Positions 38,901-47,818 are shown, counted from the first letter of the stretch. The stretch: DNA of 64,000 nt from an uncultured Verrucomicrobiae bacterium (GCA_963749035.1 CAVVKW010000004.1:1657966-1721965); one strand, 5' to 3'. The notes: generated from the letters alone by a model not told the origin. A program made the numbers and translations.

Positions 38901-40149
38901 GATTCACGTAAGTGACGTAATCCCGCATTTCTTCGATGTCCGTGTTGTTGTTGGCGCTGAAGAAACTCAGCGGTGCTTCGACTTCCACAAAAATTCCCAG
39001 CTCGTTACAGGCTTCGATGAATTCTTCCGAAGGCGGGTAATGCGAAGTCCGAATGAAGTTGCAATTGGCCGCCTTGAAGAGTTCGGCGTCCCTTCGAGCC
39101 AATTCGGGAGTCGGACTCCGCCCTCGTTGGGGATGGGTCACGTGCCGGTTTGCCCCTCTCAGTTTGATCGGCTTCCCGTTCACGAACATCTCTTTCCCGC
39201 GAATCTCTACCTCCCGGAACCCGATTGATTTCGTGATCGTCTCGAGGACCTCTTCGCCGGAAAGCAGGGTCACTTCCAATTGATACAGGTTGGGATGCTC
39301 GGATTCCCAGTGCAGCGGACTCGCCACCGAGAACGAAACCACCTCGTCACCCGTCGCGCCAGTCGCAACGTTCCCCAGCGGAACGGTCGCGGGAGTCACC
39401 GCTTTGTCCGCTCCGTCAGCGTCGGTCAACTTGAAGCGCAGCTGCAGATTGGTCGCGTCGGAAGCACTTTCGTTTGCGATGGCGACATCGACTTTGCATT
39501 CCGCATCGACGAACGCCTCATCGAAGTCAGTCGCCACGTGTAAACTGGCAATGTTCACCGGCGGAACCGGGAACAGGTAAAGCTTTCGCGTGATTCCGCC
39601 ATTGGGGTGAATGGAATACCCCGAGATTTTCTTCACGACGGTATCTCCGTTCATTCCGTTCTTCCACGTCTGGATCGCAATCGTGTTCTCCCCGCCGAAG
39701 TTGATCGCGTCGGTCACGTCGAACTCGAACGGCGTGAAATGACCGATGTGCGAGCCGATTTCGATCCCGTTCACCCAGATCTGACCCTCCGCCGCGATCT
39801 CGTCGCACCGGAGTTTCACCCGTTGACCCTCCCAGGCCGCCGGGACGTCAAAGTTCCGCATGTATCCGTTGCGCGCCGTTGTGAACCCCGCCAACTCGTG
39901 GTCGTAGGGCACTTCGATCGTATCCGACGAGAACCCTTCCGGGGTCGACTGATAAAATGACGACGGCGGATTGGATTTAATGCGCCACGTCCCGGTCAGG
40001 TCGATCCGCGGGGAGTCGAGCGCGAGTGAAGTCGTCGGAGCCGGAGTCAGGCGAAGCAGGCCGTCCGAGGTCTGAGCGTGAGTGGTCGCGGCAAACGTGG
40101 CGAAAACCAGTGCCGAGAATATTGATCGGGGGGAAACTTTCATATTCAA
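35998..40149 (-). CDS. secreted multidomain GH2 (paralog of 22005-25034) with two Ig-like domains and a C-terminal CBM6-like domain
   Basis: 1383 aa. The signal peptide is MNMKVSPRSIFSALVFATFAATTHAQ. It carries RGANRHVTHP, IRTSHYPPSEEFIEACNELGIFVEVE and FWSVANES. There are two tandem Ig-like modules of about 90 aa (..VKVELWRDDVLV.. / ..VKLYLNGSLV..). The tail IEAERFTEQNGV...GSWAKYDDFDFENGATRFRV is CBM6-like. Confidence 0.85.
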   Translation of the reverse strand: MNMKVSPRSIFSALVFATFAATTHAQTSDGLLRLTPAPTTSLALDSPRIDLTGTWRIKSNPPSSFYQSTPEGFSSDTIEVPYDHELAGFTTARNGYMRNFDVPAAWEGQRVKLRCDEIAAEGQIWVNGIEIGSHIGHFTPFEFDVTDAINFGGENTIAIQTWKNGMNGDTVVKKISGYSIHPNGGITRKLYLFPVPPVNIASLHVATDFDEAFVDAECKVDVAIANESASDATNLQLRFKLTDADGADKAVTPATVPLGNVATGATGDEVVSFSVASPLHWESEHPNLYQLEVTLLSGEEVLETITKSIGFREVEIRGKEMFVNGKPIKLRGANRHVTHPQRGRSPTPELARRDAELFKAANCNFIRTSHYPPSEEFIEACNELGIFVEVEAPLSFFSANNNTDIEEMRDYVTYVNLKMLERDRTHPSVLFWSVANESVWDSGDKDVFTEATVAVAEEDPSRPLTFMWYPQDPEKRDLIPIEAQHYPGMNGITQDRSKVTIFSEYAHLPAYAPDEMITDPSVEDSWGPVIKMLWNAVYQSESGLGAAIWCGIDDTMYAPLQNGTNERFGVAKWGIIDGWRRPKPEFWHTLKAYSPTWIADDNLELDPTAQTFELEIENRYNFSNLNELTIEWEVAGQSGTVTADVPARQKGTLSIPSPGGVGVDDVLRLSFLHDDGRLVDQYAIPMAGSDSGSGASSQNVTWTLEQNNDQVVATGGDMVWKIDKSTGKIIEASKAGTPVVTGGPHFSYLKTFSNTQQRDMKKTEGDLMFGVVDGWTLTGLEATQANGETKVTWSGNVSKGSISGSFAFLPNGEVQVEYEFTPDFMKLWEEDDLLHSSQKGGDHEFRSYKQDGSGVLANKNKEFFPIETTAATPRQVGMEFELPVAFDQLRWECEAIWTAYPEDHIGRPKGTVEAFPNGNAAPEDLRTPLEGSWAYDPFVLGCNDFRSSKQNVLSAALVSPDGLALQVLSDGSQNTRAFVHNQRVNLLVDDFQGGPSEKFMSQTYGKGNRKEIKYGESFGGTIRLNLVELADAGNAAPTCSIAAPAAGATLPAGDIEVTVDAGDDNGIVKVELWRDDVLVRTSGSAPFVFNIPGWSKGEHTLEARAYDAAGLAASDKISVTVTDDAPQNNAPSVSFSTPLRQEIFPTGSDVFVKAIAEDGDGAVANVKLYLNGSLVREESRAPYEWGSVSQDDGALTNLSNGVYELEVVATDDQGAVSSATLSFTMAPRYSLAETIEAERFTEQNGVGVSAGGTGEKAEFVAAGSWAKYDDFDFENGATRFRVSLAGGPAGGIVELRTGSPDGNLIGTAEVGEAGEAGGFATVDGALASVPAGTMDLFLVFLGDAGSQLDVDWFAITDREGTLYSEDFEVSEGFSNLVRSEGRN

Positions 40150-40272
40150 CTCTGTGCGCGTCTCTTTCGAGGATGCGATTTAGGACGCACCAACCACTGC
40201 GACCATCGCGGCAACGTTGAGGCGTTCTTCTTTTCTACTTCCACAATAAAGTCTGCTCTTCAAGATTCCGCC

Positions 40273-42027
40273 ATGGAAAACTCCCTCGACTTTCGCTCCC
40301 ACCACATCCTTTACCGCGATTCTCAGTTACTTCTGAACCCCGCCGAGAGCTTCATCGGGTTCCGAGCTCTGGAAGTGACCGGTCAATCGGGCTGGACCTT
40401 TCGCACGCTCTCCCGCCCGTTCCTTCGGATCAACTGCCGCCCGCGTCCCGAACTCGAGGACTCGGCGCCCGACCGTTACGTGCAAGGGGCAGACGGGGTC
40501 AAATTGACGACCTCGTTCTACGCGCCCGACGTCCTTCGGTTCGAGTTCGACTGCACGGAAGCCCGGGAACTCTTCGTCGGCCCCGCCTGCGACTTCAAAA
40601 ACTTTGGCGGCGTGCTGGAGCAGGAATTTCTCATCTGCTGGGGACACGGAGCCAACCAGGAGGCGAAGAGCCACGGAATCCGCATGGAGCACACCGACAT
40701 GGCCGGCGTGCTGGCGACCGGCTCCCTCGTGCCCGAAGGCACTCACAGCGGGTCGAAACTGAAACTTCCGGCTGGCAAGACCGTGCTCGCCCTCGCTGTC
40801 GGCCCGTTGGAATCCGTTGCAAAACTCGGGCCGCTGGCTGAAGAAGCGATTCGCACGTCTCACGACGCCGAGAACCTCGAATTTTGGAAAACTCGGACGC
40901 AGAAGCTACCGGAGTGTTCCGATGCCGAGCGAGCAAAGGCAGTCGAAGCCATCTGGGCCATCGAGTCATCGAACAACAGCCCGAGCGGCGTCCTCACCGG
41001 CTCTTGCCTCGCGTCCTGCGTCACCGCGCTCTGGCGCAACATGTTTCTCTGGGACACCTGTTTCTCCGTCCTCGGCTACCGCAACGTCAACGCCCCACTC
41101 TGTCAGGAGTGGTTGCAAAACTTCATCGACCTGAAGCGTCCCGGCACGATGCCCCTCTCCGCGTGCATCGCCAACGAAGGCGCGGGCGAGGAAACGCAGG
41201 TACCCATCTTCAGTTGGGCCGCCCACTCGCTCTACCGCACGACCGGCGACCGCAAGTTTCTGGCCGCTGCCTTCCGCACCGGCAAAGAGAGCAACGATTG
41301 GTGGATCGAACAGGCCGACGATACCTGCGGCGGACTGCCAAAAACCCAGGCCATCAGCTACGACAACAGCCCGATCTACGACCGCTGCCGGATCGATGGT
41401 GGGATGATGGAGACCGAGCGAACCGTCAACCCTGACATCGTCGCAGCACTCGTTGTCGACTGCGACGAACTCATCGCAATGGCCACGGAACTCGGCGACA
41501 CCGCCGCAGTCGACGAGCTTCGCGACCGCCGCCGCTTCCTCGCGGAGAAGGCTCACGAGCACCTCTGGGACGCCGACCGCGAATACTACTTCAGCAAGCT
41601 CAATGGCGAATCGATCCTCGTGAAAGTTGGACCCGCCCTCAACAGCATCGTTTTCGCCCCCGAGGCCATCGCAAAACAGTTGGCCGACACCTACGTCCGC
41701 CCTGGCTCGCCAGCCTGGCCGGTCCACGGCATCGCCACCGTTTTGGCGGACGAGCCGAGTTACGAGCCGCAGAATTACTGGCGTGGAATGATCTGGGGAT
41801 CGACGAATCGTCTCCTCATCGACGCCCTCGATCGCCGCGGGTTGACGTCGCACGCCGATCTCCTCGCGCGCGAGACCATCGACCTCTTCGTCAACAACAG
41901 TTCCTTCTACGAGGTCATCAGTCCGGAGACGGGCCGCGGACAACGCGGCACCCACTACAACGGATTCGGCACGGGGGTTTATCTCGATCTCCTGGAGCGG
42001 GAAACCCACCGCGGCGACCGCTCGTAG
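40273..42027 (+). CDS. (alpha/alpha)6-barrel glycoside hydrolase, GH63-like / MGH1-like
   Basis: 584 aa with no signal peptide. It carries NMFLWDTCFSVLGY, ISYDNSPIYD and NYWRGMIWGSTNRLLIDAL, which are typical of GH63/trehalase-like enzymes. Confidence 0.7.
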   Translation: MENSLDFRSHHILYRDSQLLLNPAESFIGFRALEVTGQSGWTFRTLSRPFLRINCRPRPELEDSAPDRYVQGADGVKLTTSFYAPDVLRFEFDCTEARELFVGPACDFKNFGGVLEQEFLICWGHGANQEAKSHGIRMEHTDMAGVLATGSLVPEGTHSGSKLKLPAGKTVLALAVGPLESVAKLGPLAEEAIRTSHDAENLEFWKTRTQKLPECSDAERAKAVEAIWAIESSNNSPSGVLTGSCLASCVTALWRNMFLWDTCFSVLGYRNVNAPLCQEWLQNFIDLKRPGTMPLSACIANEGAGEETQVPIFSWAAHSLYRTTGDRKFLAAAFRTGKESNDWWIEQADDTCGGLPKTQAISYDNSPIYDRCRIDGGMMETERTVNPDIVAALVVDCDELIAMATELGDTAAVDELRDRRRFLAEKAHEHLWDADREYYFSKLNGESILVKVGPALNSIVFAPEAIAKQLADTYVRPGSPAWPVHGIATVLADEPSYEPQNYWRGMIWGSTNRLLIDALDRRGLTSHADLLARETIDLFVNNSSFYEVISPETGRGQRGTHYNGFGTGVYLDLLERETHRGDRS

Positions 42028-42151
42028 GCGGAACCCCTCGGGGGCAACCGCCCTTTCCCTCGTCCCATCGCGCACGCGAAACCTCGCCCCGCCCGCCGCT
42101 CATCTCGAAAGCGAAAAACTCACAATCGGAAGGCTGACCCGCTTCGACGAG

Positions 42152-43102
42152 CTACCGCCCACCGACCAGCAGCCGCCTCACGAGAGCCTCCGTGCGCACC
42201 GTGCCGACCGGTTTGCCATCACGTCCGGTCACGATTCCAAGCTGCATCCGCGCGGCCCGCAGCTTGCTGAGTGCCGACAAGGCTCGCTCGTTGGCCGCCA
42301 CCGTGATCGGCCTCCGAGCGTAAGACTGCGCGCGCCCGCCCCGCACATCGTCCCGCAGCAAATCGAACACCCGCAAGATCCCCTGGACCCCGCCGTCGTC
42401 TGCGACCAACGGAAACCGGTCCTCACCGGTTCCTCGCGCGAGCTCCAGCACGGCGGAAACTTCGGTCCTCGTCGGCAGGCAGATCGACTGCTCCATTCTC
42501 ACCATCACGTCGCGCACCTTCGCCTCGCGAAATTCGATCACGTTGTCGACGAACGTTCGCTCCAGCGCAGTCATCTGCCCACGTTCCGCGCTGTCGGCAA
42601 CGACGCGCTTGAGGTCGTCGATCCCCACGATTCCCCGCCTCCGCGGTTCCCGTTGCGCCAGAAACGCCGGCTTGAGAGCCCGCGCTCCCAAGCTCACCAA
42701 CGGCCCGAGCACCCAGTGAGTCACCTTCAGGATTCGCGCGTAGATCACGAGGGTCCGATACGGAAACCGTCGAAAGATCGCCTTCGGTAAGAACTCCAGC
42801 AGGAGAACGAAAGCCGGGAGAAGCGCGAGGATAGCCGCCGCGCCCCCGAGCGCCCCGAAGCGCGCGGCAAACTCGGAATAGGCGAGCGTCACCCCGAGGA
42901 TGTTCGCGGCGTTCGTCACCAGCACGACCGTGATCATGAGGCGTTCGATTCGCACGAGCAGCGCGTCGAGTTGCAGTGCCGCCTCCTCGCCCTGTAGCGC
43001 GTAGTGCCGGAGCCGAACCCGGTTCACCGACAACACGCCGGATTCAATTCCGGCGAAGGTGAAAGAAATCACCAAGCAGGCAAGGATCACGAGCCAAGTC
43101 AC
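42152..43102 (-). CDS. CNNM (DUF21) + CBS-pair membrane protein lacking the CorC_HlyC domain
   Basis: 316 aa. It has N-terminal TM helices and then a CBS-pair region (VRDVMVRMEQ...). The GTG start at 43102 forms a GTGA overlap with the upstream stop. Confidence 0.78.
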   Translation of the reverse strand: MTWLVILACLVISFTFAGIESGVLSVNRVRLRHYALQGEEAALQLDALLVRIERLMITVVLVTNAANILGVTLAYSEFAARFGALGGAAAILALLPAFVLLLEFLPKAIFRRFPYRTLVIYARILKVTHWVLGPLVSLGARALKPAFLAQREPRRRGIVGIDDLKRVVADSAERGQMTALERTFVDNVIEFREAKVRDVMVRMEQSICLPTRTEVSAVLELARGTGEDRFPLVADDGGVQGILRVFDLLRDDVRGGRAQSYARRPITVAANERALSALSKLRAARMQLGIVTGRDGKPVGTVRTEALVRRLLVGGR

Positions 43103-44376
43103 GCGGCGTCCTCCTCGAGTTGCGGACGCGGCAACCGCTCCGAAGTGGGCTCCAGCAGCACCTCTTTGATGCGTTTACGCGTCGCTCGCCGCACGGTGAT
43201 GCGCCAGCCGTCGGTCGTCAGAGCCGTCCCGGCCTTCGGCAGAAACCCCAGGTGCTCGACCACGAACCCGCCAATCGAGTCCGCTTCCTCCCCGGCCAAT
43301 TCGTGCCAGCCAAGCTTCTCCCGGAGGTCGTCCAACCTGGCACTACCCGCCGCAACGATCTGCCCTCCGTCGAGCGACTCGATGTAGTGCTCCGACGACG
43401 ATTCGGATCCCTCCTCCCCGAGCAGCTCCTCGATGAAGTCCGAGAGCGTCACCACCCCCTCGATCCCCCCGTATTCGTCCAAAAGGATGGCGAAATGCTG
43501 CCGGCGATTGAGAAACGAGCGTAGTAACTCGAGGGCGTTGATCGTTTCGGGAACGAACGCCGGCGGCTGCAAGCACTCGAGGTAGGAACGATCGGGCTCG
43601 AGGAGAAATTGCTTAACGTCCAGCAGACCCACCACGTCATCCGGCGTTTCTCCCCGGACGACCACCCGGCGATAGCGCTTTCGTCTCACCTGGTCTGCCG
43701 CCGCGTCGTTCGTCAGGTTGTCCGGCAGAAAATACACGTCCGTCCTCGGCGTCATGCAATGCCGTGCCGGTTCCTCCGCGAGCTTCATGAGCTCCGCGAT
43801 CAACCGGCTCTCCGCCTCGTCGATCGTTCCTTCCGAACGCCCGATCTCGACGAGCGTCTCGAGTTCATCGTCCGTGAGATGGGGCATCGGCGAGAGCGAT
43901 CGCGGCACCACCGCAGCCACGATGCGGTCACTCACCCCGTAGAGGGCCGCACAAATCGGGTCCAATCCGGGCAGCAAAAACTTGATGAGCGGAATGCCAA
44001 GTCGCGCCGTCCGGACGGGCGCAGACAGAGCCAACATTTTTGGAAGCAGATCACAGACCACGATGATCACGGCGAAGACCCCCAGCAGCACACCCCATCC
44101 CAGATCTCGCCCGGACGCACCGCCAAGGACGTAAAGAATGATCACCATCAACGGCAGGTTCATCAGGGCGTTTGCCAAGACGACGGAATTCGCCACGGCC
44201 TCCGGGCGATCCAGCAATTCAGTCAACGCATCAGCCCGTTTGGGCGCACTTGACCGCAACTTTCGCCGCCGGTCGTCGTTCAGCGCAAAGATTGCCGTCT
44301 CGAAAGCCGAGAATGCTGCCGACCCCACCGCGAGGATGCCCGCGAGACCCAATAGCGCAATTTGCACCGCCGTCAT
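43099..44376 (-). CDS. CNNM (DUF21) + CBS-pair + CorC_HlyC protein (hemolysin/CorC-family divalent-cation transporter)
   Basis: 425 aa. It has TM helices, CBS pairs (HCMTPRTDV.., VVGLLDVKQFL, IEGVVTLSDFIEELLGE) and a C-terminal transporter-associated domain (GWRITVRRATRKRIKEVLLE). Confidence 0.82.
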   Translation of the reverse strand: MTAVQIALLGLAGILAVGSAAFSAFETAIFALNDDRRRKLRSSAPKRADALTELLDRPEAVANSVVLANALMNLPLMVIILYVLGGASGRDLGWGVLLGVFAVIIVVCDLLPKMLALSAPVRTARLGIPLIKFLLPGLDPICAALYGVSDRIVAAVVPRSLSPMPHLTDDELETLVEIGRSEGTIDEAESRLIAELMKLAEEPARHCMTPRTDVYFLPDNLTNDAAADQVRRKRYRRVVVRGETPDDVVGLLDVKQFLLEPDRSYLECLQPPAFVPETINALELLRSFLNRRQHFAILLDEYGGIEGVVTLSDFIEELLGEEGSESSSEHYIESLDGGQIVAAGSARLDDLREKLGWHELAGEEADSIGGFVVEHLGFLPKAGTALTTDGWRITVRRATRKRIKEVLLEPTSERLPRPQLEEDAA

Positions 44377-44514
44377 CGAAGCAAACTGCGACGCGCCCGC
44401 TTCCCGGCGGGAACGCCGATCAACGAGCCAGCATAAGCTCCGCGGACGGGCTGAGTTTGTCGGAGATTTTCCTGCAAACGGTATCGATTACCACATACGT
44501 TCCCCCCCACGCAC

Positions 44515-44967
44515 ATGAAAAAATCCGACCGTGTCCAGGCTTTCATGGCGGCACTCGACTCCGATTCCAACGGCGACCGGCATCCCGCCTACGCGGGATA
44601 CTTCACGTGCTTCAACCAAGGAGATTATTACGAAGCCCACGACGTCCTCGAACAGCTCTGGCTCGAAACGACCGGACCGGACTGGACCTACTACAAGGGG
44701 TTGATCCAACTCGCGGGCGCTTTCGTCCATCTTCGGCACCAATATCGGCATCCGGCTCACCGGATTCACGGCCGACGCCTGCCTCCAGCCGCGCGACTTT
44801 TCGACCTCGCCACGAAAAATTTGACCCCCTTCGCGCCTCGCCACCTCGGCTTTGACGTCAATTCCGCTCTCTGGCTCTCCCACGATCGCGCAACGGCCAT
44901 TCGGCAGTCCGACTATTCGCTAAATCCATGGTCGCCCAACGATCTTCCGCAGCTTTCGCTGCGATGA
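44515..44967 (+). CDS. DUF309-domain protein
   Basis: 150 aa. FNQGDYYEAHDVLEQLWLE...YKGLIQLAGAFVHL matches the DUF309 core pattern. Confidence 0.7.
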   Translation: MKKSDRVQAFMAALDSDSNGDRHPAYAGYFTCFNQGDYYEAHDVLEQLWLETTGPDWTYYKGLIQLAGAFVHLRHQYRHPAHRIHGRRLPPAARLFDLATKNLTPFAPRHLGFDVNSALWLSHDRATAIRQSDYSLNPWSPNDLPQLSLR

Positions 44968-45040
44968 TTCACCAGGATTTCCGCGGAATAATGCGTCCGC
45001 CCCCGCCTCGTAAGCGTCGAGACTCTCAACCCACCGAACG

Positions 45041-45499
45041 ATGATGCCAAACTCCGAAAAACTCTCCGCCCTCGCCAAAGACCTCTCCACCGACGTCCCG
45101 CGCAGCCCTCGCGAAATGATCGGCGGCTACGTCATCGCTGCCCGCACCCTCGACAAGTGCCGCGCCGCTGTCGCCGACACCCTCGCCGAATATCATTACG
45201 ACTGCCCGCTCGATAACGTCTTCTTCGACTTTACCGGGATTACCGGTGACGCGTTCAAGGAATTCGTCGCCACCGGTGCCTCCGACGACGAGGTCGCCAC
45301 TTGGATCCATCAAAACGCGAAGGATCGCGAACGGATCGAGATCATCCAGTGGAACAACGGGCTTCGCGATAAGCGGATCAGCGAGATGGAGCCGAAGCTT
45401 CAGGGGTTCTTAGAGGACTACATTCCCGAGAACGTTCCGACGGGCCGTCCGGTTTACGTCTGGTTCGACGTTTACGATCTCGAGGAAGGCCGACTCTAG
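45041..45499 (+). CDS. DUF5069-like protein
   Basis: 152 aa. PRSPREMIGGYVIAARTLDKCRA..YHYDCPLDNVFFDFTGI resembles the DUF5069 family as I recall it. Confidence 0.6.
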   Translation: MMPNSEKLSALAKDLSTDVPRSPREMIGGYVIAARTLDKCRAAVADTLAEYHYDCPLDNVFFDFTGITGDAFKEFVATGASDDEVATWIHQNAKDRERIEIIQWNNGLRDKRISEMEPKLQGFLEDYIPENVPTGRPVYVWFDVYDLEEGRL

Positions 45500-45532
45500 C
45501 CGACCGACATCCCCCCTTCGCCCCACCCCATC

Positions 45533-47818
45533 ATGTCTGCCTCGACTTCGCGCAACCCGATCGCTCGCTATTACCATTGGCTTCACGGCCAGTGGCCGGC
45601 GGGCACCGTGGAGAAAGCTCCGCAGATGAACGGCGACGGCTCCACGAACGTGCCGGGCGTTTACATCGTCGGCGATCTCACCGGCATTCCGCTGCTAAAA
45701 TTCTCATCCGACACGGGAGCCAAAGTCATCGGCACGATCACGGACGACTCCGATTTTTCGCCAGGAACCGGCGGCGATGGCGTGGTCGATGTCGCCATCA
45801 TCGGCGCCGGAGTCTCCGGGCTGGCCGCGGCGATGGAAGCCGACAATCGCGGCCTCACCTACCAACTCTTCGAAGCCAAGCAGCCGTTCTCGACCGTCGT
45901 CGATTTCCCGAAGGGCAAACCCATCTACACCTACCCGACGGACATGACTCCCGCGGGGAACCTCCAGTTTTCCACGGAAGTGAAGGAAGACCTGCTCGAC
46001 GAACTCAAGGGGTATCAGGAAAAAAGTGGGATCGAGACGACCGATGCCCGGATTGAGAAAATCGACCGCCGTCACGGCCAACTCGAACTCCACGACGCCG
46101 ACGGCAACACCCACCGCGCCCAACGAGTCGTCGTCGCCATCGGTCGCAGCGGCAACTATCGCTCGCTCAGCGTTCCCGGTGAAGAGCTCGACAAGGTCCA
46201 TCACCGATTGCACGACCCCAAGGATCTCGAAGGAAAAAACGTCCTCGTCGTGGGGGGTGGCGACTCCGCCATGGAGACCGCCATCGCGCTCGGCGACGCC
46301 GGTGCGACCGTCACCCTCAGCTATCGCAAACCCGAGTTCTCCCGGCCCAAACCCGAGAATGTCGAGAAGCTCGAGGCCCTCGGCGAAGGGGACTCGGTCA
46401 CACTCGAGATGGAATCGAGCGTGAAGGAGATCCGCGACGACGAAGTCACGCTCGAGACCGCCGACGGCTCCGACCGCACCATCCCAAACGAAGCCGTTTA
46501 CGCGATGATCGGACGAGAAGCTCCGCTCGATTTCTTCCGGCGCTCAGACCTGAAGATCAGCAACGACCGCAACGTGAAGTTCTGGATCACGCTCGTCGCC
46601 ATCCTCACCGCCTTCACGTTCATCTACCAGTGGAAGAAGGGCGGGACGTGGTTGCCGATTTACGAATTCTTCAAAGAGCGGAATTGGTTCCCGTTCAACT
46701 TCGCCGAATGGTGGAACTCGCTGGGCAGCGGGTTCACCGATCCTTCCAATCTTCTCGGAACGCTCAGCTTCTCCATTGGCGACCCCGGCTTCTACTACTC
46801 GCTCCTCTACTGCACTTTGATCGTCATATTCGGTTTCCGCCGGATCACGATGCGGCGGACGCCCTACATCACGCGGCAAACGACCGCCCTGGCGGCATTT
46901 CAGATCATCCCCCTTTTCCTCCTTCCTTACGTCTTGCTCCCGTGGGCCGGCCACAACGGCTGGTTCGACGCGGGAGTCGGCAAGTCCATCGCCGACGGAC
47001 TCTTCCCCGCCGTCGATTACGGGAGTGGTCGGGAATATTGGCGCGCCTTTGGACTGATCCTCGCCTGGCCGCTTTTCATCTGGAACGTTTTCACCGAGCA
47101 GCCTCTCTGGGCCTGGCTGGTCATCAGTCTCGTCCAGACATTCGTCATCATCCCGCTGATCATCTTCCGATGGGGCAAGGGCGCATACTGCGGGTTCGTG
47201 TGCTCGTGCGGGGCAATGGCCGAAACGCTCGGGGATTCCCATCGCCACAAAATGCCGCACGGCCCGTTCTGGAACCGGCTGAACATGGTCGGCCAGGTCT
47301 TCCTCGGCTTTTCGTTTCTCATCTTCTTCGCCCGCCTCGCAGCTTGGATCTGGCCGGATTCGATCTTTGCAACCCTGTTCGCGCTTGGGCTCAATGGCTC
47401 GACCAGCGGCACCGTCATGCCGTGGAGCTACGCGTGGTTCGTCGATCTCCTCTGGGCGGGAATTCTGGGCTTCGGATTGTATTTTCATTTCTCCGGGCGA
47501 GTCTGGTGCCGATTCGCTTGCCCGCTCGCCGCGTTGATGCACATCTACACCCGGTTCACCCGCTTCCGGATTTTTGCCGACAAGAAGAAATGCATTTCGT
47601 GCAACGTCTGCACGTCGGTCTGCCACCAGGGCATCGACGTCATGAGTTTTGCCAACAAGGGCGAACCGATGGCCGATCCCGAGTGCGTTCGTTGCTCGGC
47701 TTGCGTTTACAACTGCCCGACTGGCGTGCTGGAATTCGGCCGCTACAAAGCCGACGGCAAAATCGTCATGGACCGCGTGCCGGCTTCACCCGTTCTGATG
47801 GCCGAACGGGAGGAGTGA
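45533..47818 (+). CDS. fusion protein: FAD/NAD(P)-binding pyridine-nucleotide-disulfide-oxidoreductase-like domain + polytopic NapH/MauN-like membrane domain + 2x[4Fe-4S] ferredoxin domain
   Basis: 761 aa. Motifs in order: VPGVYIVGDLTG, DVAIIGAGVSGLAAA (GxGxxG), GKNVLVVGGGDSAMETA, several TM helices, YCGFVCSCGAMAE, WCRFACPLAALMH, then CISCNVCTSVC and CVRCSACVYNCP (two CxxCxxCxxxC motifs). Confidence 0.85.
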   Translation: MSASTSRNPIARYYHWLHGQWPAGTVEKAPQMNGDGSTNVPGVYIVGDLTGIPLLKFSSDTGAKVIGTITDDSDFSPGTGGDGVVDVAIIGAGVSGLAAAMEADNRGLTYQLFEAKQPFSTVVDFPKGKPIYTYPTDMTPAGNLQFSTEVKEDLLDELKGYQEKSGIETTDARIEKIDRRHGQLELHDADGNTHRAQRVVVAIGRSGNYRSLSVPGEELDKVHHRLHDPKDLEGKNVLVVGGGDSAMETAIALGDAGATVTLSYRKPEFSRPKPENVEKLEALGEGDSVTLEMESSVKEIRDDEVTLETADGSDRTIPNEAVYAMIGREAPLDFFRRSDLKISNDRNVKFWITLVAILTAFTFIYQWKKGGTWLPIYEFFKERNWFPFNFAEWWNSLGSGFTDPSNLLGTLSFSIGDPGFYYSLLYCTLIVIFGFRRITMRRTPYITRQTTALAAFQIIPLFLLPYVLLPWAGHNGWFDAGVGKSIADGLFPAVDYGSGREYWRAFGLILAWPLFIWNVFTEQPLWAWLVISLVQTFVIIPLIIFRWGKGAYCGFVCSCGAMAETLGDSHRHKMPHGPFWNRLNMVGQVFLGFSFLIFFARLAAWIWPDSIFATLFALGLNGSTSGTVMPWSYAWFVDLLWAGILGFGLYFHFSGRVWCRFACPLAALMHIYTRFTRFRIFADKKKCISCNVCTSVCHQGIDVMSFANKGEPMADPECVRCSACVYNCPTGVLEFGRYKADGKIVMDRVPASPVLMAEREE

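Noticed and set aside
40966-42075. 369-aa minus-strand ORF antisense to the GH63-like gene
   Set aside because: It is a shadow ORF with no motifs, and the sense frame has diagnostic GH63-like blocks.
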